Source: an uncultured delta proteobacterium (GTDB lineage Bacteria; Desulfobacterota; Binatia; UBA9968). From it: a DNA stretch of 64,000 nt. The stretch is taken from NCBI GenBank assembly GCA_963745835.1, contig CAVUZH010000016.1, positions 256,001 to 320,000 of the forward strand, read 5' to 3'. Position 1 is the first letter of the stretch; each line of letters opens with the position of its first letter. Positions 18,993-28,577 of this stretch are shown here, in pieces. A program made the translations under genes and the position numbers. The notes beneath the pieces are model-generated. The model searched no databases. It saw only the letters and a program-made list of their open reading frames with translations, and had not been told where the DNA came from.

Positions 18993-20357
18993 CTACGATC
19001 TGTTTGCTCCAATTAGCAACCGGCACAGCGGCCGGATATCTTCCAAAGTTTCCAAATGCTCGACGTCCTCGATAATGCGTTCAATAGAACTGCCATCGAG
19101 TGCTTCGCGCGCGCAACCAACAAATTTTTGTTTAAGTTCTTCGGCAGTCATGGGAGCTTCGCGGCTGCCTTTGGCGTAATCGATCTGCCGGGAAAAGCTC
19201 CGGCCGTCGCGCAGACGAATCGTGACCTTGCACGGACGGCTGCCTAGAGCAGTCGGTTGAAGATCGGCATCGAGGTGCATCTGAACCTTTTCAGCCAAAC
19301 GCAAAACATTGTCATCCCTAACTGCCGAATCGGTAAATGCGTCTAGGAAGAGCCTTCCATCGATGATTGCGCGCGCCAACAGATAAGGCATGGAAAATTT
19401 ACCCTGCAAGCCGTTTTCAGGGACGCGAAAAACAATTCTTTCAAACGTATGCCGCGCCACGCCAACATCGATGGACTCGATCATCTCAGCGGTGATCCCA
19501 TGCTTGGTCTTGAACTCGAGCACGCCGTCGATGGCTGGATGTGTCAGGCCGCCGCAGGGATAAGGCTTGATCCTGATGCCGCTGTTGATCAACTCGTACA
19601 CCGTTCCCAACTCTTCGAGCGGGCGCTTGTCCGGCTCTGCTCCGGGATAAAATACTTCATAAAAGCCCAGCCCCGCTTCGATTGCCTGTTTGTTGGCGGT
19701 AAAACCGGATTGCGCCAGCTTGGCTGCCATCACTCCATTTCTCGCACCAAGCCCGACGTGCAACGGTTTGGACATCGTGCCGAAATTACACACCAAGCCG
19801 CTGGCCATCGATGCCGCTGTGCCCAGCGTCATTTCTACTTGAGACTGGTTGAGCCCGTGCAGTTTAGCGCAGGCCACGCCGGCGCCGAACGAACCGAAGC
19901 TTGATGGCGGATGCCAGCCGTCTTCGGAGCGCTGCCGCAGCGACATAACTAATTTCGTAATCGTTTCGAAACCTGCGACGTAAGCCTCAAGGCAGCGGCG
20001 GCCGCTGCTGCCGAGCGATTCTCCCAAAGATATTATCGCCGGAATGATCGGCGCCGTGGGTTGACCCATCAGCGTAAAGCTGTGATCGAAATCGAGCGCG
20101 TGCGCGGCTGTGCCATTGGCAAAAGCCGCATGCATTGCCGATGACTTAAATCCCTGTCCAATGACGCTGGACTCTTCCTTTGCGTGCTCCTGGCGGGCGA
20201 TTTCGGCGCAGATCCTGGCGCTGGATTCTTTGCTACCCGCCAATGCCACTCCAAGACAATCGAGCACCGCTGTTTTTGCCAGCTTAATCGCTTCCGACGG
20301 AATTTTTTGGAATTCAGTCTCGAGTACGAACCGGGCAATTCTCGCCGTCGCGTCCAT
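18993..20357 (-). CDS. MmgE/PrpD family protein
   Basis: AAFANGTAAHALDFD, GTMSKPLHVG, IKPYPCG, GKFSMPY. GGAGG RBS before ATG 20357. Confidence 0.92.
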   Translation of the reverse strand: MDATARIARFVLETEFQKIPSEAIKLAKTAVLDCLGVALAGSKESSARICAEIARQEHAKEESSVIGQGFKSSAMHAAFANGTAAHALDFDHSFTLMGQPTAPIIPAIISLGESLGSSGRRCLEAYVAGFETITKLVMSLRQRSEDGWHPPSSFGSFGAGVACAKLHGLNQSQVEMTLGTAASMASGLVCNFGTMSKPLHVGLGARNGVMAAKLAQSGFTANKQAIEAGLGFYEVFYPGAEPDKRPLEELGTVYELINSGIRIKPYPCGGLTHPAIDGVLEFKTKHGITAEMIESIDVGVARHTFERIVFRVPENGLQGKFSMPYLLARAIIDGRLFLDAFTDSAVRDDNVLRLAEKVQMHLDADLQPTALGSRPCKVTIRLRDGRSFSRQIDYAKGSREAPMTAEELKQKFVGCAREALDGSSIERIIEDVEHLETLEDIRPLCRLLIGANRS

Positions 20358-20401
20358 GACACCTCCGATCTTTTCGTCGCACACCCGCTGCTTTGCCAGT
20401 G

Positions 20402-21460
20402 TTACTTGGCCATAAATTTTCTTACCTGCTGCACGATTTCAGGCGGTTGATCCAATACCTCCTTGATCAAAGCTTCCAATTCCTCGCCGGAGGTATAATC
20501 GACTTCCATCTTGGCTTTCTTGGCATCGTCTAAAAGTTCTGGATCTTTCAAGGCCCTGACGAAAGATTCACGAAGAATCTTCACCCGCTCCGGCGGCGTG
20601 CCTGGTGTCACCAAGAACGGGCGGCCGAACTCACCGCCGGACAACATGGCTTGGACAATGCGGCGATTGTTGCCGGGAACTTTGAATTCCTCGAGGATCT
20701 CGTAGATCGTCGGCGCTTCCGAGGCGCGCGGATCACGTTTGCGTCCGGTTTGCAGCAAGTGGCGATCGAACCCCTTCTTGTGCCAGCTATTGAAGGGTTC
20801 GCGGCCGAAATGGGCCGCCAAGGTATGAGCGCGGCAAGCGATCTCACCTTTCTCCACCGCCAAATCCGCCTCATTTCCGCCCGGATAGCCTAAAACAGAA
20901 TTGATGTTCGCGCCCAAAGTTAGTTCCAGAATTTTTGCAACCAGGTAATCGGAACTTGTTGTACCGGAACCGCCGCAACTGGGCGGCTGTTTCGCTTTGA
21001 CAATATCGCCGATGGTCTTGAACGGCGTGTCGGCGCGCATGTAGAAAATGATTGAATCCTGCGATGCCGAACCGATCCAGTGAAACTTTCGCAAGTCGAA
21101 CTGCACTTCCTTGCGCTCGACCAATTGCTCGATGTAGATGCTGTTATTCGGCAACACCATGCTTAACCCATCCGGTTTAGCCACCGCATACACATAGTTA
21201 GTCGCGGTTAAAGAACCCGCGCCCGGCATGTTTTGCACGATCACTTCAGGATTACCGGCAATTTGTTTGCCCCAATAACGCGCGAGCAGGCGTCCCCATA
21301 GGTCATAAAAACTTCCCGGCGTCGATCCGACCATGATGCGGATGGTTTTGCCTTTGTAGAAGTCAGCTTGTGCCAATACAGCAGAATCAAACAGTGGCAG
21401 CGCCGCCAACGCGGCGGTTAAAACAAGCACTGAGAAAACTTTTGGACTATGACGCTTCAC
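20402..21460 (-). CDS. Bug/TctC-family tripartite transporter substrate-binding protein
   Basis: FYKGKTIRI, VQNMPGAGSL, AKPDGL, GYPGG, PGTPPERV. Confidence 0.9.
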   Translation of the reverse strand: MKRHSPKVFSVLVLTAALAALPLFDSAVLAQADFYKGKTIRIMVGSTPGSFYDLWGRLLARYWGKQIAGNPEVIVQNMPGAGSLTATNYVYAVAKPDGLSMVLPNNSIYIEQLVERKEVQFDLRKFHWIGSASQDSIIFYMRADTPFKTIGDIVKAKQPPSCGGSGTTSSDYLVAKILELTLGANINSVLGYPGGNEADLAVEKGEIACRAHTLAAHFGREPFNSWHKKGFDRHLLQTGRKRDPRASEAPTIYEILEEFKVPGNNRRIVQAMLSGGEFGRPFLVTPGTPPERVKILRESFVRALKDPELLDDAKKAKMEVDYTSGEELEALIKEVLDQPPEIVQQVRKFMAK

Positions 21461-21631
21461 AAAACCTCCTGCCGAGAGTTGCGCGAGAATATTTGATGGC
21501 GGTAGGTGACATGATGGGATTGCTGGTTGCGTCGCCGGAGTTCACGCGTGCTTGAGCCCGTGGGCGACTCTCATCATGAGAGCTCTGAGTTGCCAGACAA
21601 CTTTCGAACCCTGCCTTATCAGCCGTCAGGT

Positions 21632-22363
21632 TTACGGCTTCATTCCCGAAAAGGAATTAACCGTAGCGTGAAGATTGCGGGCGAAGTCAGTGGCCGCCTG
21701 GGTGTTCATATTGAAAGCAGATCGACCATACTCCTTGACCGCCATCAAAGCGGGGAGCGGCGTCTGTTTCAGCCGCTCCACTAATTTGCCCACTGCCGCA
21801 TCGAGTTCCGCGGCCGGCACGACATCGCTGACGATGCCGAACATAAGGGCCTTATTGGCATCGATCTCCTGGGTTGAATAGATCAGGTAAGTCGCCGCTT
21901 TGCGCGGCACGCGGTCGACCAGCCCCGACATCGCGATCGTCGGCATGATATTGTGCGCCATCTCCGGTAACTGAAACCGCGCCTTGTCGCTGGCAATGGT
22001 GATATCGCATAAAGCCGCCAGCGCACAGCCCAATCCTGCGGCGCGGCCGTGAACAACGCCGATGATCGGCACTTTGGAACGCCGAAACGCGTCGTATAAA
22101 TCGAAGATCGTATCGGCTCTCTCGCGCATTTGATAAGCTTCGAGCGCCGGACCGGGTTTGCCCATCGCTTCGCGGCCCAGGCAAAAGTCCTCGCCCGCGC
22201 CTTTGAATAAGATCAGCCGCGACTCCCTCGCAGCATTGTCGATCATCTGAGCCAGCTGAGCCAAAGTCGCATCGTCCTGCCGGTTGCCGATATCAGGCCG
22301 GTTCAAGGTAAGGGTGGTCACGTCCGCGTCTCTTTGCTTAAGGATGTAGTCTGCCATGGTCAT
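21632..22363 (-). CDS. Enoyl-CoA hydratase/isomerase (crotonase) family protein
   Basis: LTLNRP, DFCLG, VHGRAAGLGCALAALCDITIA, FQLPE. Confidence 0.88.
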   Translation of the reverse strand: MTMADYILKQRDADVTTLTLNRPDIGNRQDDATLAQLAQMIDNAARESRLILFKGAGEDFCLGREAMGKPGPALEAYQMRERADTIFDLYDAFRRSKVPIIGVVHGRAAGLGCALAALCDITIASDKARFQLPEMAHNIMPTIAMSGLVDRVPRKAATYLIYSTQEIDANKALMFGIVSDVVPAAELDAAVGKLVERLKQTPLPALMAVKEYGRSAFNMNTQAATDFARNLHATVNSFSGMKP

Positions 22364-22441
22364 CGCCTCCGTAACTTCGATGAACCCGACTCTAGAAGCC
22401 TCGAGCGCATTTTGTCAACGAAATCTTCCAGTCGTCTCTGA

Positions 22442-23662
22442 TCATGAGCACCTGATCGTTTGCTTCACGATCCAAGCGATTCGCTCTACGTGTTCCAAGC
22501 TGACGTCGGGCCCGCAAGGCAGCTCAACCAGATTCATCCAGATTTTCTCGGCATGGGGAAACGATCGCACCGCCAACTGCCGGTAAGGCGCAAGCAGGTG
22601 GATCGGGATATAACTACCTTGAACTTCGAAACCGGCGCCGCGGAGGGAGGCAATCAGATCTGAGGCTGGATCGTGCCCCGGATATTTAGGCATGATTCGA
22701 ATGACTTGGGTTAGGCATGCAGAGCCTGCTCGGTGCGGCACCAATATCAAATGTTCATTTCCCAGCAATCCTTGATAGGCGCGAACGCGCAATCGGCGCG
22801 CGGCTAAATTGTCTTGCAAACTTTTCATCAGACTCGAAGCGACCGCGGCGTTGAGATTGGACATGGATTCTTTTCGATACTGCGCCGGCAGTGACTGAGG
22901 ATCTGTAGCTGCCGAATCGGATAAAGCTTCATGGAGCGGCACCGACCAGCGCCTCCAGCGATGCCAGATCAGGGTCGATGAAAGACTTCGCAGCGCGGCA
23001 GTAAAATCGGCTGCAGCCAAAGCGAATTCAGCAGCGCGTTCAAGGACTTCTCGGTGTCGCGCGACAAACACCCCGCCACCGGAGCCAGAGCAAACCTTCT
23101 CGTTGCCGAAACTTAAAATCCCAGCATCGCCGAACGTCCCTAGCTTCCGGCCATCTAAGCTCGCGCCCAGCGCCTGGGCGGCGTCGTCGATGACTCGGAT
23201 GTCTCGTCCGCGTGTCAGATCGATAATGGAATCTATTTCCACAGGATTACCAAAAAGATGCGGCACGATAATCGCCCGGGTCGTTTTACTTAATGCCGGC
23301 TCGACGGTCGCTGCCGTGAGATTGAGGTCCTCTCCGACATCGGCCAATACGGGGTAGGCGCCAACTGCTAAGATAGGTGAGATAATGCTTGTGCAGCAAA
23401 ACGCCGGAACCACCACTTCATCGCCTGATTTCACGTCACAGGATCGCAACGCAAGTTCGAGGGCGAGGCTACCGGAGCCGCACAGAATGGCATCTTGGAC
23501 GTCTAGTTCTTGCGCGATCCAAGATTTCAGCTCGGCAAGGTCCGGCCCAACGATAACCTGGCCCGAGAGCAGGCAACGAACGATTGCCCGAAAGGTCGCG
23601 CCACTCCAGAACGGAGTGGCAAGAGGCACGTGATAAGGCCGGGGAAGCAAATTCACGATCAA
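22442..23662 (-). CDS. DegT/DnrJ/EryC1/StrS PLP-dependent aminotransferase
   Basis: GSGSLALELAL, GDEVVVPAF, PHLFG, IDDAAQALG, SFGNEK. Confidence 0.88.
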   Translation of the reverse strand: MIVNLLPRPYHVPLATPFWSGATFRAIVRCLLSGQVIVGPDLAELKSWIAQELDVQDAILCGSGSLALELALRSCDVKSGDEVVVPAFCCTSIISPILAVGAYPVLADVGEDLNLTAATVEPALSKTTRAIIVPHLFGNPVEIDSIIDLTRGRDIRVIDDAAQALGASLDGRKLGTFGDAGILSFGNEKVCSGSGGGVFVARHREVLERAAEFALAAADFTAALRSLSSTLIWHRWRRWSVPLHEALSDSAATDPQSLPAQYRKESMSNLNAAVASSLMKSLQDNLAARRLRVRAYQGLLGNEHLILVPHRAGSACLTQVIRIMPKYPGHDPASDLIASLRGAGFEVQGSYIPIHLLAPYRQLAVRSFPHAEKIWMNLVELPCGPDVSLEHVERIAWIVKQTIRCS

Positions 23663-23871
23663 ACAAGAGCAAACAGAACGGCTGCCAAGTTTAAGACCGA
23701 TTCAATCGCTGCAAACACTCCTTGACGAGAAATATTTCCGTTCGTGGCGTAACGTCAGCTCCGCTGAGGCAGCAGTTTTACTGCAATCGGAAACTGTTCG
23801 GCTCCGGTCTCGATAATGCGCGCGCGATCGAGCGTGATCGTATTCAGCGCATCCGTGCGATGCAGGCGAGC

Positions 23872-24246
23872 TTAATGTTTCGACTGACTGCCGGCTGTAG
23901 TGACCGTGATATGTGACATCGGTGTATCTGCCGTGGCGCCATGCCAGTGCCGTTCACCGGCCTTGATGTGCACGACATCACCAACTGTGATCTCACGCTG
24001 CTCTTTTTCGTTTGCTATCGAACCCCGTCCCGCAGTTACCACCAGAATCTGATCGCAATCATGAGTGTGCCACCCGGTGGTAGCACCCTGCCGGAAGTTC
24101 ACGACGTTACATCGAAAATTATCGGAATCAGCTTCACCAATAATTGCTTGACGCGTGCGGCTCACCTCTCCTCCCGACCATCCGGGCACAGGTGTCGCTG
24201 CGTTCATCGGCTTTTCCGGTAACTCGGCAATTTTGAGTACACGCAT
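23872..24246 (-). CDS. Cupin domain protein
   Basis: WHTHDCDQIL and GDVVHIKAGERHWHGA. Confidence 0.88.
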   Translation of the reverse strand: MRVLKIAELPEKPMNAATPVPGWSGGEVSRTRQAIIGEADSDNFRCNVVNFRQGATTGWHTHDCDQILVVTAGRGSIANEKEQREITVGDVVHIKAGERHWHGATADTPMSHITVTTAGSQSKH

Positions 24247-24795
24247 TTACGCCTCCTTAAAATCAATGTACTTCACCTAAGACCAAGGCAGATCACAACT
24301 ACACCGCCGCAAACCGACCCGTCAAGAAATCTATCGCTAATAATTTAGCTGATCTACTAATTGACACTGGCCACTAGTTGAGACGAGGCCAGTTTACTTT
24401 CGCGCGAGTTCTCAAAGCGCCTTCTCCCAACGGGCACTTGCTTTTCCAACTGCTCGGGCGTCGTGCCTCGTTCGACATACCAGCGCTTGAAAGCATAGTC
24501 GCTACCGTGCTGCCGGAATCGACTCTCGAGGATTGATCCCCAGTTGAAATGAAATCTATCAACTAACCGCCGCACCGGCACGGCGAGCCTAAAGCGCGGT
24601 GCTCGCGCCGTTGGCAGGCGCCAACTTCATCGTCAAAAGAGATCGAAAATGAGTGCCAATCCCAGCGACTGCCAAATTTGACATCATAGCGCGTCGGAAA
24701 GATACTCCGTAGTCTTCGAAATTTCCACAACAATGCGTCATTTTCTGGGCAAAAGATTGAAGCTTTCACCGGCTCATGCTAATAATGCTCGATTT

Positions 24796-25770
24796 ATGAA
24801 AACGTCAGACTTAACTCATGTAGCTCGCACGTTCGTCCAGTGGTTCGATTCTGAGCATCTCGACCCAGCTGAGGTTAACGATGGTCGCGATGTCGACCGG
24901 ATCAATTGGCTCCGAACCTTGCCGTTTGTGATCTTACACTTTGGTTGCTTGGCGGTGTTCTGGGTCGGCTGGAGTTCTGTTGCGGTGCAGACCGCGCTCG
25001 TCATGTACCTGGTTCGAATGTTCGCTATAACCGGCATCTACCATCGCTATTTCGCACACAGAACTTTTCGCACTTGGCGTTGGGCGCAGTTCGCATTTGC
25101 TGTTCTCGGTGCCTCGTCGGCGCAACGGGGCCCTCTTTGGTGGGCGGCGCATCACAGGAACCATCATCGCGAGTCAGATTTGCAAGCCGATCCACACTCT
25201 CCGATTCAGTATGGTTTTCTCCGCTCGCACGCCGGCTGGTTCATGTGCAACCGCTACTATGCGACTCAATACAAACGGATCCAGGACTTTGCGCGGTTTC
25301 CTGAACTGGTCTGGTTGAATCGTTACGACAAAGCGGTTCCGTTTGTGTTGGGATTCGCTCTCTACCTAACCGGCGCTTGGCTGGAGCGATCAGCGCCCTC
25401 CCTGGGTGTCACCGGCCTTCAATTGTTCGTTTGGGGATTCGTGGTAAGCACCACGGTGTTGTTTCATGCCACCGCCAGCATCAATTCCATCGCGCATCTG
25501 ATTGGCAGCCGTCGATACGACACCAAAGATCAAAGCCGAAATAACTTACTACTAGCGTTGATTACACTTGGAGAAGGTTGGCACAACAACCATCATCAGC
25601 ATATGGGTTGTACCCGACAGGGATTCTACTGGTGGGAAATCGACCTCACGTACTATGTTTTGAAGCTTATGTCGTGGACTGGACTGATCTGGGACTTAAA
25701 GCCGGTACCGGCTAAAGCTTACAATCTCTCAGAACAGCTACCAATAAAGCGAATCGCATCGGCCGCGTGA
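24796..25770 (+). CDS. Membrane acyl-CoA (delta-9-type) fatty acid desaturase
   Basis: His boxes YHRYFAH, WAAHHRNHH, GEGWHNNHH, plus WWEIDLTY. Confidence 0.92.
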   Translation: MKTSDLTHVARTFVQWFDSEHLDPAEVNDGRDVDRINWLRTLPFVILHFGCLAVFWVGWSSVAVQTALVMYLVRMFAITGIYHRYFAHRTFRTWRWAQFAFAVLGASSAQRGPLWWAAHHRNHHRESDLQADPHSPIQYGFLRSHAGWFMCNRYYATQYKRIQDFARFPELVWLNRYDKAVPFVLGFALYLTGAWLERSAPSLGVTGLQLFVWGFVVSTTVLFHATASINSIAHLIGSRRYDTKDQSRNNLLLALITLGEGWHNNHHQHMGCTRQGFYWWEIDLTYYVLKLMSWTGLIWDLKPVPAKAYNLSEQLPIKRIASAA

Positions 25771-25870
25771 GCCAGCCGTAAACCAATCCGCTCCGAAGCC
25801 CCACTCAATAGTTCAAACGAACTTCAGATTGTCGAATTAGCGTAGCCGAGCACCGAGAGATTTCTCGTTG

Positions 25871-26227
25871 TCACACAGCCGGCGGCATGCCTGTCGAAGA
25901 CATCTCCACCCTCAGAGTAAAGATGCGTTTTTGCGCCTTATCGATCGCTCCGACACCGAGACTCTGCCGGGAAACCAATTTGCCGGATTCATCACGAACT
26001 TCCATCAAGATGAAGTATTCAAGCGCTTCGCCTGAGCCTGGGTGATTGATCGTACCTTCGACTGAAAGCGGGCACTCCGTAGGATTGGAAGATGCTTCTG
26101 CAGCGGCGGAGCCGAACTTGAGCACGTGTCGGCAAAGCGGGCACGACACCGAACTTTTCAGGATCGTAGCTTTGCAATGCGGGCAGCTGCGGGATTCTCC
26201 CGCAGCTGAGATACGTCCCGCTTTCAT
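25871..26227 (-). CDS. Hypothetical protein with N-terminal zinc ribbon
   Basis: CPHC-x10-CPLC. Overlaps the bactofilin stop (ATGA coupling). Confidence 0.7.
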   Translation of the reverse strand: MKAGRISAAGESRSCPHCKATILKSSVSCPLCRHVLKFGSAAAEASSNPTECPLSVEGTINHPGSGEALEYFILMEVRDESGKLVSRQSLGVGAIDKAQKRIFTLRVEMSSTGMPPAV

Positions 26228-26727
26228 TGATTGGTTCCATTTTTTGCGTTCTCAAGAGCTCGGCCATTAACAAACTTTGCCGCCTGTGCTTCGCTCCAGC
26301 CGAATTCTACATGGCCGCGCATCCGCGAACCGGCTGCCACGGTTAAGGTGGTCGCTTTGAGGTCGCCGATTAGCTGACCGGATTCCAGCAGCTTCACCTG
26401 CGCGCTCGCGACCACATTGCCTTCCACCTCGCCGGCTATGGTAACGGTTATCGCGCTGATTTTCGCCGACAGGTGCGCGCCCCTTTCGATATTCACGTCG
26501 CCTTTGACTTGAATATCGCCTTTGAACTTGCCGGCAATGCGCAGGTCGGCATCACCTTCAATCTTTCCCTCGATCGCAACGCCGGGTCCAAATACGGATT
26601 CGCGACGATCCTTGGAGGTGTGTTCACGCGGCGCATGGCTCGGGGTTACCGGGGCGATGGGCGGGGTGTGCTCGACATGCAGCTTCTCACCGTTATCCTC
26701 TTGCATGGGTTGATTCCAAAGTGCCAT
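26224..26727 (-). CDS. Bactofilin (polymer-forming cytoskeletal protein)
   Basis: Beta-helical repeats: IEGKIEGDADLRIAGKFKGDI, ITVTIAGEVEGNV, LTVAAGSRMRGHV. AAGGAGG RBS. Confidence 0.9.
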   Translation of the reverse strand: MALWNQPMQEDNGEKLHVEHTPPIAPVTPSHAPREHTSKDRRESVFGPGVAIEGKIEGDADLRIAGKFKGDIQVKGDVNIERGAHLSAKISAITVTIAGEVEGNVVASAQVKLLESGQLIGDLKATTLTVAAGSRMRGHVEFGWSEAQAAKFVNGRALENAKNGTNQ

Positions 26728-26804
26728 AGAACCTCCTTAATGTTTGATGACAGCGCACGACAATGATGAACTGAAGCTTAGAGCCAAAACTTTTCCAAAC
26801 CGAC

Positions 26805-26819
26805 GCAATGGAGGTGCCA
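26805..26819 (-). promoter_or_regulatory. Sigma-54 (-24/-12) promoter of the bactofilin operon
   Basis: Minus strand reads TGGCAC-CTCCA-TTGC, an exact consensus match about 78 nt upstream of ATG 26727. Confidence 0.7.
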
Positions 26820-27258
26820 GCTGTCAATTGCAGGACAGTTGAGCGTCCCGAGACGTCACACCGTTCGCGAACTCGGCTCGGCTAAGGCACGCACAAAGAC
26901 TTTTGGGAGCGTGAGGTCGCGTTACTTAGAGGAAGCTCAGACAAGCCCACTTAAGCTGTTCGAAAAAACGTAGCGCTCGCAAGGTTGCTAGACGCTCCAC
27001 AAATGTCGCCGCAAAGCTAGATTTGTACACAGGACCGCGCGGCGCTGAGCGGCTCTAATCTTGGAAATTTCTCATCGACAAGATTGAACCAATCAAAATC
27101 GAAGTGTTGCGGAATTGCAGGAGCCCGTGTGCGCGAGCGATATGTTTGTCAATCTCCGGATCGCGATTCACATTTGACAACCGAGGAACGGCGCTGTACC
27201 GCTAGCCATAGCAAGACCGGCATTCTATTGAAGAGCGGATTTCACGAAGAAATTTTTA

Positions 27259-28380
27259 TTGCTCCGGTTCACTAACGCATCGAGGTACGATCTGAAAATC
27301 ACCGAGGTCCAAGCAACATTGCATCGAGTTCCTGTGGAAGTGCCGTTGCTGTCGGAGAAAATCACTACGTCGGTGCTTTTCGCCAGGGTCGAAACCGACG
27401 AGGGCATTACCGGTTATGGTCTTACGCGCGGCGCGCAACGATTTGGGCTAAGAGAATTCGTCAATCGCGAGCTCGCGCCGTTCCTGCGCGACAAGAATCC
27501 ATTGGAAACCGAACGCGTTTGGCAGCAGCTCTACACCGCTTTTAATCCACGGGGACAAACCGGTATGTGGAGTTCGGCAGTAAGCGCCATCGACATTGCG
27601 CTTTGGGACATCAAAGGGAAAAAGTATAACGAACCGGTCTGGCGCTTGCTTGGCGGCGCGCATAATCCAGTGCAGTCGTACGTAACTTTTGGCCTCAAGC
27701 AATACAGCACAGAACAGTTGATTGAGGTGGCCAAACAGGTAGTTGCCCAAGGGGAGAAGCGACTCAAAATGGTCGTTGCCGTCGATCCCGAAAATCCCGG
27801 CGTCGACGCGGCGCGCGTGCGCGCTGTGCGTCAAGCGGTTGGAGATGAAGTGGAATTGATGATCGATGCCAATTACCTTTTTTCATTTAATCGCGCGCTG
27901 GAGCTTTGCAAGCTGGTTGAGCCCTATAACATCACCTGGTTTGAAGAACCGGTTTATCAGAATGACGCCCTGCTGCTCGCCGACTTGCGCCGACATACAT
28001 CGATCCCGATCGCTGCCGGGCAAAACGAAGGGCATCGATATCGTCATCGAGAACTGATTGTCAATCGTGGTGTCGACATCGCGCAGCCCAACGTTTGTTC
28101 GGTGGGCGGTTATACTGAAGCAGTGAAGGTTGCTGCGCTGGCACAAGCGTTCAATTTGCCCATCGCTAACGGCGGTGGTTGGCCGCACCACAACATGCAT
28201 CTGCAGGCGGCGATGTCGAACGGCTGGCGTGTCGAGTTTCATTTTGAAATGTGGGGTATCGGCGACAAGATCTACAAAGAGCCGCCAGCCCCGGATCAAG
28301 GCTGGGTTACGCTGCCGGAAACACCCGGTTTAGGATTAGAACCGCGTTGGGACGCGCTAAAAGAATTCGAAGAAAAATAG
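27259..28380 (+). CDS. Mandelate racemase/muconate lactonizing enzyme family protein (start may be CTG 27292)
   Basis: VETDEGITGYG, SAIDIALWDIKGK, LMIDAN, WFEEP, IAAGQNE. Confidence 0.9.
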   Translation: MLRFTNASRYDLKITEVQATLHRVPVEVPLLSEKITTSVLFARVETDEGITGYGLTRGAQRFGLREFVNRELAPFLRDKNPLETERVWQQLYTAFNPRGQTGMWSSAVSAIDIALWDIKGKKYNEPVWRLLGGAHNPVQSYVTFGLKQYSTEQLIEVAKQVVAQGEKRLKMVVAVDPENPGVDAARVRAVRQAVGDEVELMIDANYLFSFNRALELCKLVEPYNITWFEEPVYQNDALLLADLRRHTSIPIAAGQNEGHRYRHRELIVNRGVDIAQPNVCSVGGYTEAVKVAALAQAFNLPIANGGGWPHHNMHLQAAMSNGWRVEFHFEMWGIGDKIYKEPPAPDQGWVTLPETPGLGLEPRWDALKEFEEK

Positions 28381-28577
28381 CGGCAGCATACATGCTTGTG
28401 AATTGCACCTTACTCATACCTACGGAGAGAGCTTTGTTTGCTTCGATTTAATTGCTGTACCGCAAGTATCAGAACTTACCCTCCAAAAATATCTCGTTAA
28501 GCTGGCTCTACCATACTGCCGCGGAAGCAGTCTATGCAGCCATACCGCTGGCGGGCACAGTTATCACGTTATCAGTT

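Noticed and set aside
24357-24769. Two short minus-strand ORFs upstream of the desaturase
   Set aside because: No RBS or recognisable motif. They could be a gene remnant, but I cannot support that from the sequence.
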